Part shown: positions 1-12,316 of the stretch, piece by piece | Layout: every line of letters begins with the position of its first letter | Position numbering within the stretch: the first letter of the stretch is position 1 | NCBI GenBank assembly: GCA_040285855.1 | Contig: JAUFOQ010000016.1 | Coordinates: forward strand, 3,348,001 to 3,412,000 | Direction of reading: 5' to 3' | Origin: Eukaryota sp. GEM-RC1 | Lineage: Eukaryota | Length of the DNA stretch: 64,000 nucleotides | Translations under genes and position numbers: made by a program | Notes under the pieces: generated by a model | Told to the model about the DNA's origin: nothing | The model's input: the letters and a program-made list of their open reading frames with translations, nothing else | Databases searched by the model: none

Positions 1-449
1 GTTGTGGATGTTTGCAAGATGTTTTGATAGAATCGAAGAACTAGTAGATAAAGAGAAGCTGCTTTGACAGTGATTACAAAATCTTCGGTCGGTGTTATCG
101 ACTACCATTACAGTAAAATGATCATCTCTAAAGTGTTTGGACTTCTGACGACTTGAAGAAGATGGCATTAGGTTATGGAAGACAGCAAGGTTGTTGAAGA
201 AAGAAAAGTGACACTATAAAAATCGTAAACTTCAAGTAAATTGCTGCAATTTTCCATTGAATGATCACCATGTTATGATTTATTATAAATAAGATAATGA
301 TATATGAAATACCTGAGTCTGAGTCTGAGTCGGACTTAAGGATTGTGAGTCTGAGTCTGAGTCTGACTCGGGGGTTGTGGGTCTGAGCCTGAGTCTGAGT
401 CTAGACTCAGCTCGAGTCTAAACTTGAGTCCAGTTTTTGTACACCCCTA
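1..449 (-). mobile_element. hAT DNA transposon, 5' part (cut by window edge)
   Basis: Near-identical to 3795-4248; ends in TIR TTGTACACCCCTA followed by TSD GTGTTTAC (450-457); GAGTCT subterminal repeats 313-430. Confidence 0.93.
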
Positions 450-1844
450 GTGTTTACTGTGGATGTTTGCAAAAAAGGGCATTTAAGGATGCTAACAATG
501 TGTCTCCACTTGATTTTTCAGAACAATACAAGAGAAACAAATATCATGTTCCCTTGACTACTCTCAAACATTCTAGACATGTTGAGTACGAATTATGTCC
601 TTTGCCATTTCAATTTATGGTCGACTTGGTAAAGAAGCTCTTTGTTTTCTCTGATGTTGAGATAGTTGTAAAAAAAGAACATCTAGATTGAAGAGGTTTC
701 CTTTATTGCACCTTTTGAGACTATACGAGCATTTTTCTGCAGAAGCTGACACTTTGAATGAAGAGATTGGTTTAAATCTAAATATTGAAAAGTGTTTCGT
801 TATAGGAAAAGAACCTAATTTATTAACAATTCGTTCAATTGAAGTACCTTTTATTAATTATCTTTCTGATTTCTTGATTGTTTTTGGGGTCGGGTAAATA
901 CAACACGTAAATACACCATCTCAGATTCTCTTCGATCCTACATTGTGTTTATGATACATGGAGTTATACTCTACACAGTTGTACAAGTGCTACAACAAGT
1001 AAGTGATCTGATGGAGATATTCAGTACACGTTCGTGGACCTCCATTCAGTTATATTCAAGGGACTATTTAGAATGAAAAACGACCAGCATAGATGCTCTT
1101 CTTATGTAAGGGAAGACTTCATTCACTTGTAATCATAGTGTTCTTAGTTTGTTGAACAAGAACGCTCCTAGGCAGGAAGTACGACTCAAAATAATTTCCG
1201 AACATTTTGTTCAACAAAGAGGAGTGTGATCAGATGAAGCAAAACAACGCTCTTTGAACTCATTTTATAGACCACATCATTAGAACATCACTATTATGTT
1301 GACGAAGATAGGTACAAACTGCATTGAAGTAAATGGGGATGGTGTATTTAGGTGGTGTATTTACCCGCCCCCTTGTTTTTTTTTGGTAAAAAGGAGAATA
1401 TTGTCAAAAATCTTGATGATTATCTGATTTAGATTCAACAAGAGTGGGATAAAATGAACGTTCTTGAAATTAGAGAGAATTATTTATTCTAAAAGTAATA
1501 GACAACAACACTACAGTGTAAGTTCTTGAAATTAAAAACACTTAACATTCTTCATGCTCTAAATTTGCTATTCTGGTTTTAATCAATTTGAAGGACAGAT
1601 GTTCAGTTGCTTTGATTAACCAAATTCGACAGATTTATGAATTGTTGTCCAAAGATCTTCAATGGATCACAACATTTTAGGACTTGCATTCATGATGCTG
1701 TCATAGATCAAATTCGTGCAATGTGTAAGTCCCACAAAATCGAATCTTTGAAATCAATAATTCAAAAATAGTGATTCTGATAAGAACGGCTGACGTCATG
1801 GTTCCATCGGTCAATGATGAACTAACGGCTGTTGATGTGATTAC
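450..1844 (+). repeat. Backbone tandem unit (degenerate non-LTR RT-like), interrupted by a TIR element
   Basis: Same sequence as 4249-5158 and 27284-28250; translates to decayed motifs AFKDANNVS, LCPLPFQF, IGLNLNIEKC. Confidence 0.85.
886..1372. mobile_element. Non-autonomous TIR DNA element (MITE-sized; Mutator- or Merlin-like ends)
   Basis: ~35-bp imperfect TIR GGGG(T/G)CGGGTAAATACA(A/C)CAC(G/C)TAAATACACCATC; 8-bp TSD TTGTTTTT (878-885, 1373-1380); empty site visible at ~4740 and ~27768. Confidence 0.85.
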
Positions 1845-1859
1845 TAGGGGTGTACAAGA

Positions 1860-2083
1860 CTCGAGTCGGACTCAGCTATTGTAAGTCTGAGTCTGAGTCC
1901 GACTCACCGTATCTGAGTCTGAGTCGGAGTCGAACTCAACTAGTCTGAGTCTGAGTCCGACTCACCGTATCTGAGTCTGAGTCTGAGTCGAACTCAACTA
2001 GTCTGAGTCTGAGTCCGACTCACCGTATCTGAGTCTGAGTCTGAATCCCACTCATAATATCTGAGTCTGAGTCTGAGCTTGAG
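1860..2083. repeat. hAT subterminal GAGTCT-based array (~58-bp higher-order unit)
   Basis: Repeats of GTCTGAGTCTGAGTCCGACTCACCGTATCTGAGTCTGAGTCTGAGTCGAACTCAACTA; also at 5174-5455 and 29165-29390. Confidence 0.9.
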
Positions 2084-2128
2084 TTTCACATCATAAACAA
2101 TCTTTATTAAGTACATTATTAACCATTA

Positions 2129-3961
2129 TTATTCTACTGTCCACCGCTTAAGACAGACACATGCTTCAACATTTAAATCTGTTAGACGTGATCTGTTAGG
2201 AGCCACAACTCTTCCAGCTTGTGAAAAAAAAAGACTCAGAAGCTACATCAGAGGCTTGAACTGATAGTGCAATTCGAGATGTTCTTGCAAGTGTAGGGAA
2301 CTTTGATTCATTAAGTTTCCACCACATCAAAGGATCTTGGTCCATTTCAATCAGTCCATCACTGAGATAGATATCAAGTTCATCTAACTCAGTTAATTAT
2401 TCTTCGTTACGAACACATACTTTTTTTCTTGCAAGCTCTTTCATTAGAGATTTTCCTTGAGGGTTGTTCTGCGATTCTTCTGTACTTACTGCAAGACTTC
2501 CCACTTTGGATTCAATAAACTCCCTCATTGAACCCTTCAGCATCTCTTCATTCTCAATGTAACAACTTGGTAGGAAGTTCTGATTGTTTTTGAATCTAGG
2601 ATCCAACACAAGACCGACATATCCTGCAAAATCGAACACACTTCTGTCACTTCGACGTCCACTGATATACTCCGTAAACTTTTCCAACACTTTTGATGCT
2701 ACGGCAGAAATAAAACCAGATTCACGTCCTTCTACAGGATCGCAAATTACTTTAAGCTTTTCCCATAATAAATTGAACAAAGTTAAACCTACGGACACAG
2801 TAACGGTAGACCTTGAAGAACAAATTTCAGTTAACTCATAGAAATCAGATAACAAGAAGATCAACAGCTGATGAAGATCTTCTCTTTCAGAAATGGTGAG
2901 TTTCAAATGCATCAACTTGTTGTCATTGAAAATCATATGATCTACAATGTCTATCAATTGGCTGTACCTTTCTAGCATCATGAAGGACGAATTCCATCTT
3001 GTTGAAACATCAACAATCATGGAGGTGGTTTCAAGTCCTTCCAACTTGCATCTATCAGAAATACGTTCCCTCAAGTCTGAGCTTTTGTGTGATCTGACAC
3101 AAAACTCTCTAATTTTTGACGAAAAACAACCCTGATCTTCAAGAAAATTTGGAGTACTTCTGAATAATTGGTTGAGGGCAAGGTGAAGAACATGCGCCAA
3201 ACATCTTCTATGATAAACAATACCAGGTGTACCCAATAATTCCACAAATATTGTTAAATCAATGTTTGAGACATTGTCTGAAGTTACAGAAAAACTTTGT
3301 TCTCAAGTTTGAACTGTTATAGAACGTTTTTAAACTAGTATGTGGATGTTTAATTTACCCACAATCAAGGGTCTTAGTTTTGAGCCCAAAATTCTTATCG
3401 ATGTAATGCACAGTAACTCCCAAGAATGGAGTACCACCTTTGCTGGTCCAAATATCCAAAGTGAAATTGAGTAAAGAGTTGTCAATCATAACTTCTAGTT
3501 CATTTCCAATACTTTCTTGTTTTTCCTTATATAGCAAAACTATATCTCGTTGGACAGTGTTTCGGCCAATTTCTTCATAGTTGGGACACAACCAATTAAT
3601 TATTTTTCTGAACGAAGGACGTTCCACTTCTGAAAACGGATGACATCCATCAATGATGTATTCATTGATAAGTACACGAAGAAAGGACTGTTGTGCCTTA
3701 GTTAGTTTTTTGCTGAATAGGTGAATGAGGGGACGCAAATGGCAAGATCGACTGAGTTTCAAGAGAAGGAGGAATACGATCACCCACATAGATGTTGTGG
3801 ATGTTTGCAAGATGTTTTGATAGAATCGAAGAACTAGTAGATAAAGAGAAGCTGCTTTGACAGTGATTACAAAATCTTCGGTCGGTGTTATCGACTACCA
3901 TTACAGTAAAATGATCATCTCTAAAGTGTTTGGACTTCTGACGACTTGAAGAAGATGACAT
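2129..3961 (-). pseudogene. hAT transposase pseudogene (BED finger, DDE core, dimerization domain)
   Basis: CNHC...SKHLANIH BED finger; TLDIWTS; TSDN; RCLAHVLHL; DVSTRWNS; LDPRFK; WWK..FPTLA..SESFFS; broken by frameshifts and stops. Confidence 0.93.
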
Positions 3962-4248
3962 TAGGTTATGGAAGACAGCAAGGTTGTTGAAGAAAGAAAA
4001 GTGACACTATAAAAATCGTAAACTTCAAGTAAATTGCTGCAATTTTCCATTGAATGATTACCATGTTATGATTTATTATAAATAAGATAATGATATATGA
4101 AATACCTGAGTCTGAGTCTGAGTCGGACTTAAGGATTGTGAGTCTGAGTCTGAGTCTGAGTCTGACTCGGGGGTTGTGAGTCTGAGCCTGAGTCTGAGTC
4201 TAGACTCAGCTCGAGTCTAAACTTGAGTCCAGTTTTTGTACACCCCTA

Positions 4249-5158
4249 GTGTTTACTGTGGATGTTTGCAAAAAAAGGGCATTTAAGAATGCTAACAATG
4301 TGTCTCCACTTGATTTTTCAGAACAATACAAGAGAAACAAATATCATGTTCCCTTGACTACTCTCAAACATTCTAGACATGTTGAGTACGAATTATGTCC
4401 TTTGCCATTTCAATTTATGGTCGACTTGGTAAAGAAGCTCTTTGTTTTCTCTGATGTTGAGATAGTTGTAAAAAAAGAATGAACAAGAAATTTGACTTTA
4501 AGTTTTGCTTGACTTGTATTGTTCATCAAAGGATTTGGCTTACATCTAGATTGAAGACGTTTCCTTTATTGCACCTTTTGAGACTATACGAGCAATTTCT
4601 GCAGAAGCTGCCACTTTGAATGAAGAGATTGGTTTAAATCTAAATATTGAAAAGTGTTTCGTTATAGGAAAACAACTTAATTTATTAACAATTCGTTCAA
4701 CTGAAGTACCTTTTATTAATTATCTTTCTGATTTCTTGATTGTTTTTGTTGGTAAAAAGGAGAATGTTGTCAACAGTCTTGATGATTACTTGATTTAGAT
4801 TCAACAAGAGTTGAATAAAATCAAAGTTCTTGAAATTAAAAACACTTAAAGTTCTTCATGCTCTAAATTTGCTATTCTGGTTTTAATCAATGTGAAGGAC
4901 AGATGTTCAGTTGCTTTGATTAACCAAATTCGACAGATTTATGAATTGTTGTCCAAAGATCTTCAATGGATCACAACATTTTAGGACTTGCATTCATGAT
5001 GTCATAGATCAAATTCGTGCAATGTGTAAGTCCCACAAAATCGAATCTTTGAAATCAATAATTCAAAAATAGTGATTCTGATAAGAGTTTTGGTAAAGAA
5101 CGGCTGATGTCATGGTTCCATCGGTCAATGATGAACTAACGGCTGTTGATGTGATTAC
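4249..5158 (+). repeat. Backbone tandem unit (short variant)
   Basis: One whole unit between two hAT copies; lacks the 62-bp segment between AAGTTCTTGAAATTA direct repeats. Confidence 0.85.
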
Positions 5159-7615
5159 TAGGGGTGTACAAGACTCGAGTCGGACTCAGCTATTGTAAGT
5201 CTGAGTCTGAGTCCGACTCACCGTATCTGAGTCTGAGTCTGAGTCGAACTCAACTAGTCTGAGTCTGAGTCCGACTCACCGTATCTGAGTCTGAGTCTGA
5301 GTCGAACTCAACTAGTCTGAGTCTGAGTCCGACTCACCGTATCTGAGTCTGAGTCTGAGTCGACCTCAACTAGTCTGAGTCTGAGTCCGACTCACCGTAT
5401 CTGAGTCTGAGTCTGAATCCCACTCATAATATCTGAGTCTGAGTCTGAGCTTGAGTTTCACATCATAAACAATCTTTATTAAGTACATTATTAACCATTA
5501 TTATTCTACTGTCCACCGCTTAAGACAGACACATGCTTCAACATTTAAATCTGTTAGACGTGATCTGTCAGGAGCCACAACTCTTCCAGCTTGTGAAAAA
5601 AAAGACTCAGAAGCTACATTAGAGGCTTGAACTGATAGTGCCATTCGAGATGTTCTTGCAAGTGTAGGGAACTTTGATTCATTAAGTTTCCACCACATCA
5701 AAGGATCTTGGTCCATTTCAATCAGTCCATCACTGAGATAGATATCAAGTTCATCTAACTCAGTTAATTATTCTTCGTTACGAACACATACTTTTTTTTC
5801 TTGCAAGCTCTTTCATTAGAGATTTTCCTTGAGGGTTGTTCTGCGATTCTTCTGTACTTACTGCAAGACTTCCCACTTTGGATTCAATAAACTCCCTCAT
5901 TGAACCCTTCAGCATCTCTTCATTCTCAATGTAACAACTTGGTAGGAAGTTCTGATTGTTTTTGAATCTAGGATCCAACACAAGACCGACATATCCTGCA
6001 AAATCGAACACACTTCTGTCACTTTGATCTCCACTGATATACTCCGTAAACTTTTCCAACACTTTTGATGCTACGGCAGAAATAAAACCAGATTCACGTC
6101 CTTCTACAGGATCGCAAATTACTTTAAGCTTTCCCATAATAAATTGAACAAAGTTAAACCTACGGACACAGTAACGGTAGACCTTGAAGAACAAATTTCA
6201 GTTAACTCATAGAAATCAGATAACAAGAAGATCAACAGCTGATGAAGATCTTCTCTTTCAGAAATGGTGAGTTTCAAATGCATCAACTTGTTGTCATTGA
6301 AAATCATATGATCTACAATGTCTATCAATTGGCTGTACCTTTCTAGCATCATGAAGGACGAATTCCATCTTGTTGAAACATCAACAATCATGGAGGTGGT
6401 TTCAAGTCCTTCCAACTTGCATCTATCAGAAATACGTTCCCTCAAGTCTGAGCTTCTGTGTGATCTGACACAAAACTCTCTAATTTTTTTGACGAAAAAA
6501 CAACCCTGATCTTCAAGAAAATTTGGAGTACTTCTGAATAATTGGTTGAGGGCAAGGTGAAGAACATGCGCCAAACATCTTCTATGATAAACAATACCAG
6601 GTGTACCCAATAATTCCACAAATTTTGTTAAATCAATGTTTGAGACATTGTCTGAAGTTACAGAAAAACTTTGTTCTCAAGTTTGAACTGTTATAGAACG
6701 TTTTTAAACTAGTATGTGGATGTTTAATTTACCCACAATCAAGGGTCTTAGTTTTGAGCCCAAAATTCTTATCGATGTAATGCACAGTAACTCCCAAGAA
6801 TGGAGTACCACCTTTGCTGGTCCAAATATCCAAAGTGAAATTGAGTAAAGAGTTGTCAATCATAACTTCTAGTTCATTTCCAATACTTTCTTGTTTTTCC
6901 TTATATAGCAAAACTATATCTCGTTGGACAGTGTTTCGGCCAATTTCTTCATAGTTGGGACACAACCAATTCCTTATTTTTCTGAACGAAGGACGTTCCA
7001 CTTCTGAAAACGGATGACATCCATCAATGATGTATTCATTGATAAGTACACGAAGAAAGGACTGTTGTGCCTTAGTTAGTTTTTGCTGAATAGGTGAATG
7101 AGGGGACGCAAATGGCAAGATCGACTGAGTTTCAAGAGAAGGAGGAATACGATCACCCACATAGATGTTGTGGATGTTTGCAAGATGTTTTGATAGAATC
7201 GAAGAACTAGTAGATAAAGAGAAGCTGCTTTGACAGTGATTACAAAATCTTCGGTCGGTGTTATCGACTACCATTACAGTAAAATGATCATCTCTAAAGT
7301 GTTTGGACTTCTGACGACTTGAAGAAGATGACATTAGGTTATGGAAGACAGCAAGGTTGTTGAAGAAAGAAAAGTGACACTATAAAAATCGTAAACTTCA
7401 AGTAAATTGCTGCAATTTTCCATTGAATGATTACCATGTTATGATTTATTATAAATAAGATAATGATATATGAAATACCTGAGTCTGAGTCTGAGTCGGA
7501 CTTAAGGATTGTGAGTCTGAGTCTGAGTCTGACTCGGGGGTTGTGAGTCTGAGCCTGAGTCTGAGTCTAGACTCAGCTCGAGTCTAAACTTGAGTCCAGT
7601 TTTTGTACACCCCTA
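5159..7615 (-). mobile_element. hAT DNA transposon, full length (one extra subterminal unit)
   Basis: Same TIRs and same TSD pair as 1845-4248. Confidence 0.95.
5501..7334 (-). pseudogene. hAT transposase pseudogene
   Basis: ORFs 6729-7334, 6119-6619, 5778-6194 and 5501-5716 together carry all hAT motifs. Confidence 0.93.
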
Positions 7616-8106
7616 GTGTTTACTGTGGATGTTTGCAAAAAAAGGGCATTTAAGGATGCTAACAATGAAGTGTCTCCACTTGATTTTTCAGAACAATACA
7701 AGAGAAACAAATATCATGTTCCCTTGACTACTCTCAAACATTCTAAACATTTTGAGTACGAATTATGTCCTTTTGCCATTTCAATTAGTGGTCGACTTGG
7801 TAAAGAAGCTCTTTGTTTTCTCTGATGTTGAGATAGTTGTAAAAAAAGAATGAACAAGAAATTTGACTTTAAGTTTTGCTTGACTTGTATTGTTCATCAA
7901 AGGATTTGGCTTACATCTAGATTGAAGACGTTTCCTTTATTGCACCTTTTGAGACTATACGAGCAATTTCTGCAGAAGCTGCCACTTTGAATGAAGAGAT
8001 TGGTTTAAATCTAAATATTGAAAAGAACGGATTTATGTGCGGAGAAAAACACATAATAAGATACAAATAAATAAACACTATTAAAACAAATTATCAAACG
8101 AACTAC

Positions 8107-9063
8107 CTAATTCCGAAAAGTAGTTGCCTCCAAACAACTTGGACAAAATGGAATCAACATATCTATACATAGACTTAAAAATCGAACCGAAATTTCCAAT
8201 GAAACTGCAAAAGGCTGAAAGACGATATTATTGTGTCTTCGTGAATTCAATGCAGCAACTTGATGTCCGTACTTAGACACTTTGGCGTTCTCAGCGTCTT
8301 TCAGCGGATCATTTGAGGGATTCAAAATGTTGGCAATAGCTGAAGCTTTGCAAGGATCAACAGTCGTAAAATCAACAACAATTTCTTGGCATGACAACCA
8401 AGGGCCAATAAAATCACCACGTTTCTGAGTAGAATCAGGGTGATCTGAAAGATGAGAAAGTAATGGTTCGACTTTGCCATGGAAACCATTCGCCTTAAAC
8501 ATTTCCAAACATGTATCTCGAAGACTGTTGTGCAAAATTGAACGACAATATATGAACTTTGAACAATTGACCAAATGATGAAAGCTAGCCTTATGTTTGT
8601 TTTTACAGATACACGTGCTGTTCTGTAACAAACCAAATGGCCAAAAACCTAAACGAAGTCTCATGCTAACAAGCCATTCATGATCTTTTAGATTAAAAAT
8701 AAATCTCCCTGGCAATTGAGTAATGAAAGTAGATGCTGAATCACTACTCATGTCTTGTAAAAATGCACAGAAAGCGGGACTTTTAACTTTAGCCAAGCTA
8801 ATGCAGTTAGTATAGTCCAAGCTCTCATGAAAAGATACAAATTTCTTCTGAAATTTTCTAACACCAAGAGGAAGGGAAAAAAGCGTACGTTGAGGTGTTT
8901 CCGTCACAGATGCAGGGAACAAGGATTCCCAAACATCAGGGTTCATACCATCTACAAGATTTTGAAGTGATATAAGCCATTGACAAGGCGAATATCGAAT
9001 GAGATCTTCTTTAGACCAAAGTAAGGGATAACGTAACTTAAATTCATACAGTAGATCCTTCAA
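8107..9063 (-). pseudogene. C-terminal zinc knuckle + restriction-like endonuclease of non-LTR ORF
   Basis: 318-aa open fragment; its TTG 'start' lies in the TSD of the inserted LTR element; copies at 13128, 18147, 24134, 38475, 43468, 48485. Confidence 0.85.
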
Positions 9064-9216
9064 ATGTTAGTGAAGATAACGATACCTAGTAGATATCTTC
9101 ACCTCTGATGACGTGGCATCTATTCTTAAGGATCTCTAGCAACAATAAACACTTCTTCTTTCCATTTGTATCAACGTTGACCTTACGGCAACAATAATTA
9201 TTGGCCCTCACTGCAG

Positions 9217-9986
9217 ATGTTTTCTACCCGCGTAGTTCTCCCCTCACTTTCTTCCATGAAAGTAGAAGACGTACTCCTGTTCCTACAACAGTGGAAAGTG
9301 TACTCTTCCGTCACCCCGAAAAAGGACCTTGTTCCGCCAAGGCTCTCGTCGACCCCTTCTTACTAGAGTCTTTGATTCTTACTAAGCCGGGGGTTGATGC
9401 CTCTGAAGAGGTTTTCTTGGATCACCTGAGATCCACCACCTCGTTCTCGACGTACGAGGAATTCCACTCTGCAATATCTGAGATTAGAGTTGATGTCCGA
9501 GAAGGCGATGTCCGTGAACGAATGTCAGGCTACCTGAGGCGTTTCCTTCAGGCGAAAAGCCGGGCTTCCGGACTGAAGTTGCCTGACTCAGCTTTTATGA
9601 CACGATTTGCTAAGGGGATCCTTCCCATGGGCTTGCAAAAATCGTTGATAGCTCGGATCCGCGATGAGGTCTTCCCTGACTTCTCTACCTTAGTAGATAC
9701 TGCAACGGATGAGTTGCTTGATTGTTCCAGAGTAGCCTCATGGAATAAGTATACAAGGATTCCTGCCGAAAACTGCGATCCCTCCCGTCAAGTTGGCACG
9801 AAATCTCGTTCTTCGGATAGATCTCGCAATCTGGTTAATGGTACTTGTTTTAAGTGCCATCAGAATGGCCATTTAGCTCGCGTTTGTCCTTCTAAGGTAA
9901 AACACGAAATTCACTTCCTGTCTCATGCAAATGACTCGTATCCAGGTCCCAAGCGTTTGTTGAACCCCCTTTCTGAGTTCAAATAA
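9217..9986 (+). pseudogene. Gag with CCHC zinc knuckle, 1-nt frameshift near 9345
   Basis: CFKCHQNGHLARVC; lacks one C relative to the intact copies at 25244 and 49619. Confidence 0.85.
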
Positions 9987-10051
9987 GTTCTCTGCACAGC
10001 TTCAAAAGAAATGGGAAAATGTAGTGTTAGTGAAGATAACGATACCTAGTA

Positions 10052-12316
10052 CAGTCAACTCTCTATAAATGCACACGATTGGGGGTGTGCACTTATGGGG
10101 TGTGTTCACTTATAGAATTTCCTCTCTTTCTGCCACACCTACACCCCATATCAGCGTTGCTCACTTCATTCTCTTTTATATTGGTAATCAACAGTATATC
10201 TATGCTATCTAGAACTACATTCACCCAATTATCTCCTAGTTCTTCCTCACTCCATCTAAAACACTGTGTTTGACTGTTCTTGACGAGACAGCTTCAAAGG
10301 AGCAGTGATGTCGTCTCTCTCTGGATGTCTATGTAAATATCGTTGAACTCTCATGACGCAGATACGAGCTTCTTGAGAGGAAACGTCATCGTCTTCATCT
10401 TCCACAGGTGATGTGATGACATCTTCTTCATCTTCATCTTCTTCAGAAGCCATAAGTCCCCATCTTACTTTCATTGCATCAACAATTTCATCATCCGACA
10501 TAGCTCTTCCTCCTTCTCTTTCAAATACGGGGTAACAGTAGTCTGATGCAGACAAGCCGTCATCGAGGTTGAGCTTTTGGATGTTACTATCTAGTTCTTC
10601 AATTTCACCATCTACTTGGAACATGCCATCGTCACTTTGGGATTGTGGCACAAAACTCCAAATACCCACACGTTCCCAACAGTTCTTTATGGTGACTTCG
10701 GACACATTTGACCATGCTTCTGCAGACCAATTCATTGCCTGTAGAACGTTGATTTTCTCAGCAGCTTTGTGGCTATTTTCGTAGTTATTGGCCTCAACTT
10801 CGTCAATTACATGAGTCAATAACAAATTTCGGTACTTCGCTTTAAAGCTCCGAATTATTCCAGCATCTAACGGTTGCAAAGTAGTGGTAGTGTTTGGAGG
10901 CAAATAAATAACTTTTAAGAAATGCAACTCCATAGAACCTAAGGAATGCGAAGAAGCATTATCACAAAACAACACACCTTGTTTACCATAAAGTTGACAA
11001 TGATTATCGAGCTCTAGACAAATTTCTTGAAAATTAAACGTGAGCATACATGCACTTTTGTTGTTACGATAGGTAAAAGGCAATTCCTCACGATTAACGT
11101 TCTTTAAACAGCGGGGATTTTCATAACGACCATGTACAATGGTAACTTAAATGTGCTGGTCATATTACAACACAATACCAATGTCAACCGGTCCTTGGCT
11201 GTCTTATGACCTTCAATTTTCTTGTTGGCATTGGTACGGCTTGGCTGCATCCGGTAGTACAATCCAGTTTCATCAAGACTGAATACAAATTCAGCATCAA
11301 ACCCTTCTAATTTATCGTCAATGTTCTGTAAAAAGCTTAACACTGCCGGTTTGTCACGTGAAGCAGCTTCACCGCTCAGTCGCAGAGAGCGAATGTTGTA
11401 TCGATTATTGAATTTGTATAACCAACCCCCATCCAACACAATTTCATTATCAGAAATTTGAAAAACTGTTCTAAAGGTCTTTGCTTTGGTCGTTATGACT
11501 TCGTCAGTCATCACAATCCGGTCCTGGTATGCCAAGAACCATTCATAGACGGCAGCATCGAACGCTGGAAATTTGACGGGTTTAATCCGTTTTGCATTAC
11601 CGTTTAGAGACATGTGAGTCGCGTCATGAAGGGTTTCGGACTTCGATAAGATTCTCCCAACAGTTGTTCGATGAATCTTTAGGCCATAGGTGTTAAGAAC
11701 CCACTGTATTAGCATTTGGGTGGTTCGTTTGGGCATTTGAGAGGCCTGCTAGCAAAGAAAACGTTTCTGGTGATAGGTCAAGGTGGTTTTCTTGGACATT
11801 AGGGAAGCAGTGAGACGCAGGCAAAATTGTTTTTAAGGAAAACTGCCACTGCTACTCCTCAAATATCTTGTGGATTACAGATATGACTCAAAACAGTAGT
11901 TATAGACATGATTTATTGATTGTATGAAAGATAGGTTAGAGAACGACGATACTATACGGATTCTACAGAAGAGTGTCAGGATTACTAAAAGCTGATAGGT
12001 TAAGCGCATCAAGTAAGGAGAGATGCGATGATGAGACAACAAGAGCCTGCAGGAAGATGACGATATCGATATTCCATGAGAATCTTCCATGTTTTAAAGC
12101 AACTGACAGATAGGAAAGATCATTATGAGTAAGATTCTAGGAGGTCAAGAGAGGACACATGGTTTCACGAACTTATGTACACTATGAGAACTAACAACTC
12201 ACTTATTTGTAGACATAGGGACTTTATAAGGCCTCAGGCACAGTTATAAGAAACAAACAGTGTTAAAATATTGGGGGTGTGCACTTATGGGGTGTGCATT
12301 TATAGAGAGTTGACTG
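10052..12316 (-). mobile_element. pogo/Tigger-like (Tc1/mariner superfamily) DNA transposon
   Basis: 25-bp perfect TIR CAGTCAACTCTCTATAAATGCACAC; TA TSD; CENP-B-type HTH (GWLYKF..RY) and DDE_1 motifs DETG, DNA..H, LPPNTT..LQPLDAGII. Confidence 0.95.
10256..11799 (-). pseudogene. pogo-like transposase pseudogene
   Basis: Frameshift at ~11135 before GRYENPRCLK is shared by all copies; acidic C-terminal tract. Confidence 0.92.

Larger units (their letters stand above)
1845..4248 (-). mobile_element. hAT DNA transposon, full length
   Basis: 13-bp TIR TAGGGGTGTACAA/TTGTACACCCCTA; TSD GTGATTAC/GTGTTTAC; hAT transposase inside. Confidence 0.95.

Noticed and set aside
1845..1857. Similarity of hAT TIR GGGGTGTACA to pogo subterminal GGGGTGTGCA
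   Set aside because: Nine of ten bases between unrelated superfamilies; no other support, likely chance
1860..2083. GAGTCT hexamer arrays as telomeric or CRISPR repeats
   Set aside because: Always inside hAT TIRs and with no unique spacers; they are subterminal repeats
9201..9216. TGGCCCTCACTGCAG as tRNA primer-binding site
   Set aside because: Starts 8 nt from the LTR and I cannot match it to a tRNA 3' end; left uncalled
9201..9345. Programmed frameshift or alternative N-terminus MALTADVFYP of gag
   Set aside because: Results from a 1-nt deletion polymorphism; copies at 25244 and 49619 are open from ATG
8107..11736. Three-gene 'operon' (nuclease, gag, transposase) as a cooperative novel element
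   Set aside because: TSDs and TIRs resolve it into sequential nested insertions that disrupt one another; no unit-level termini
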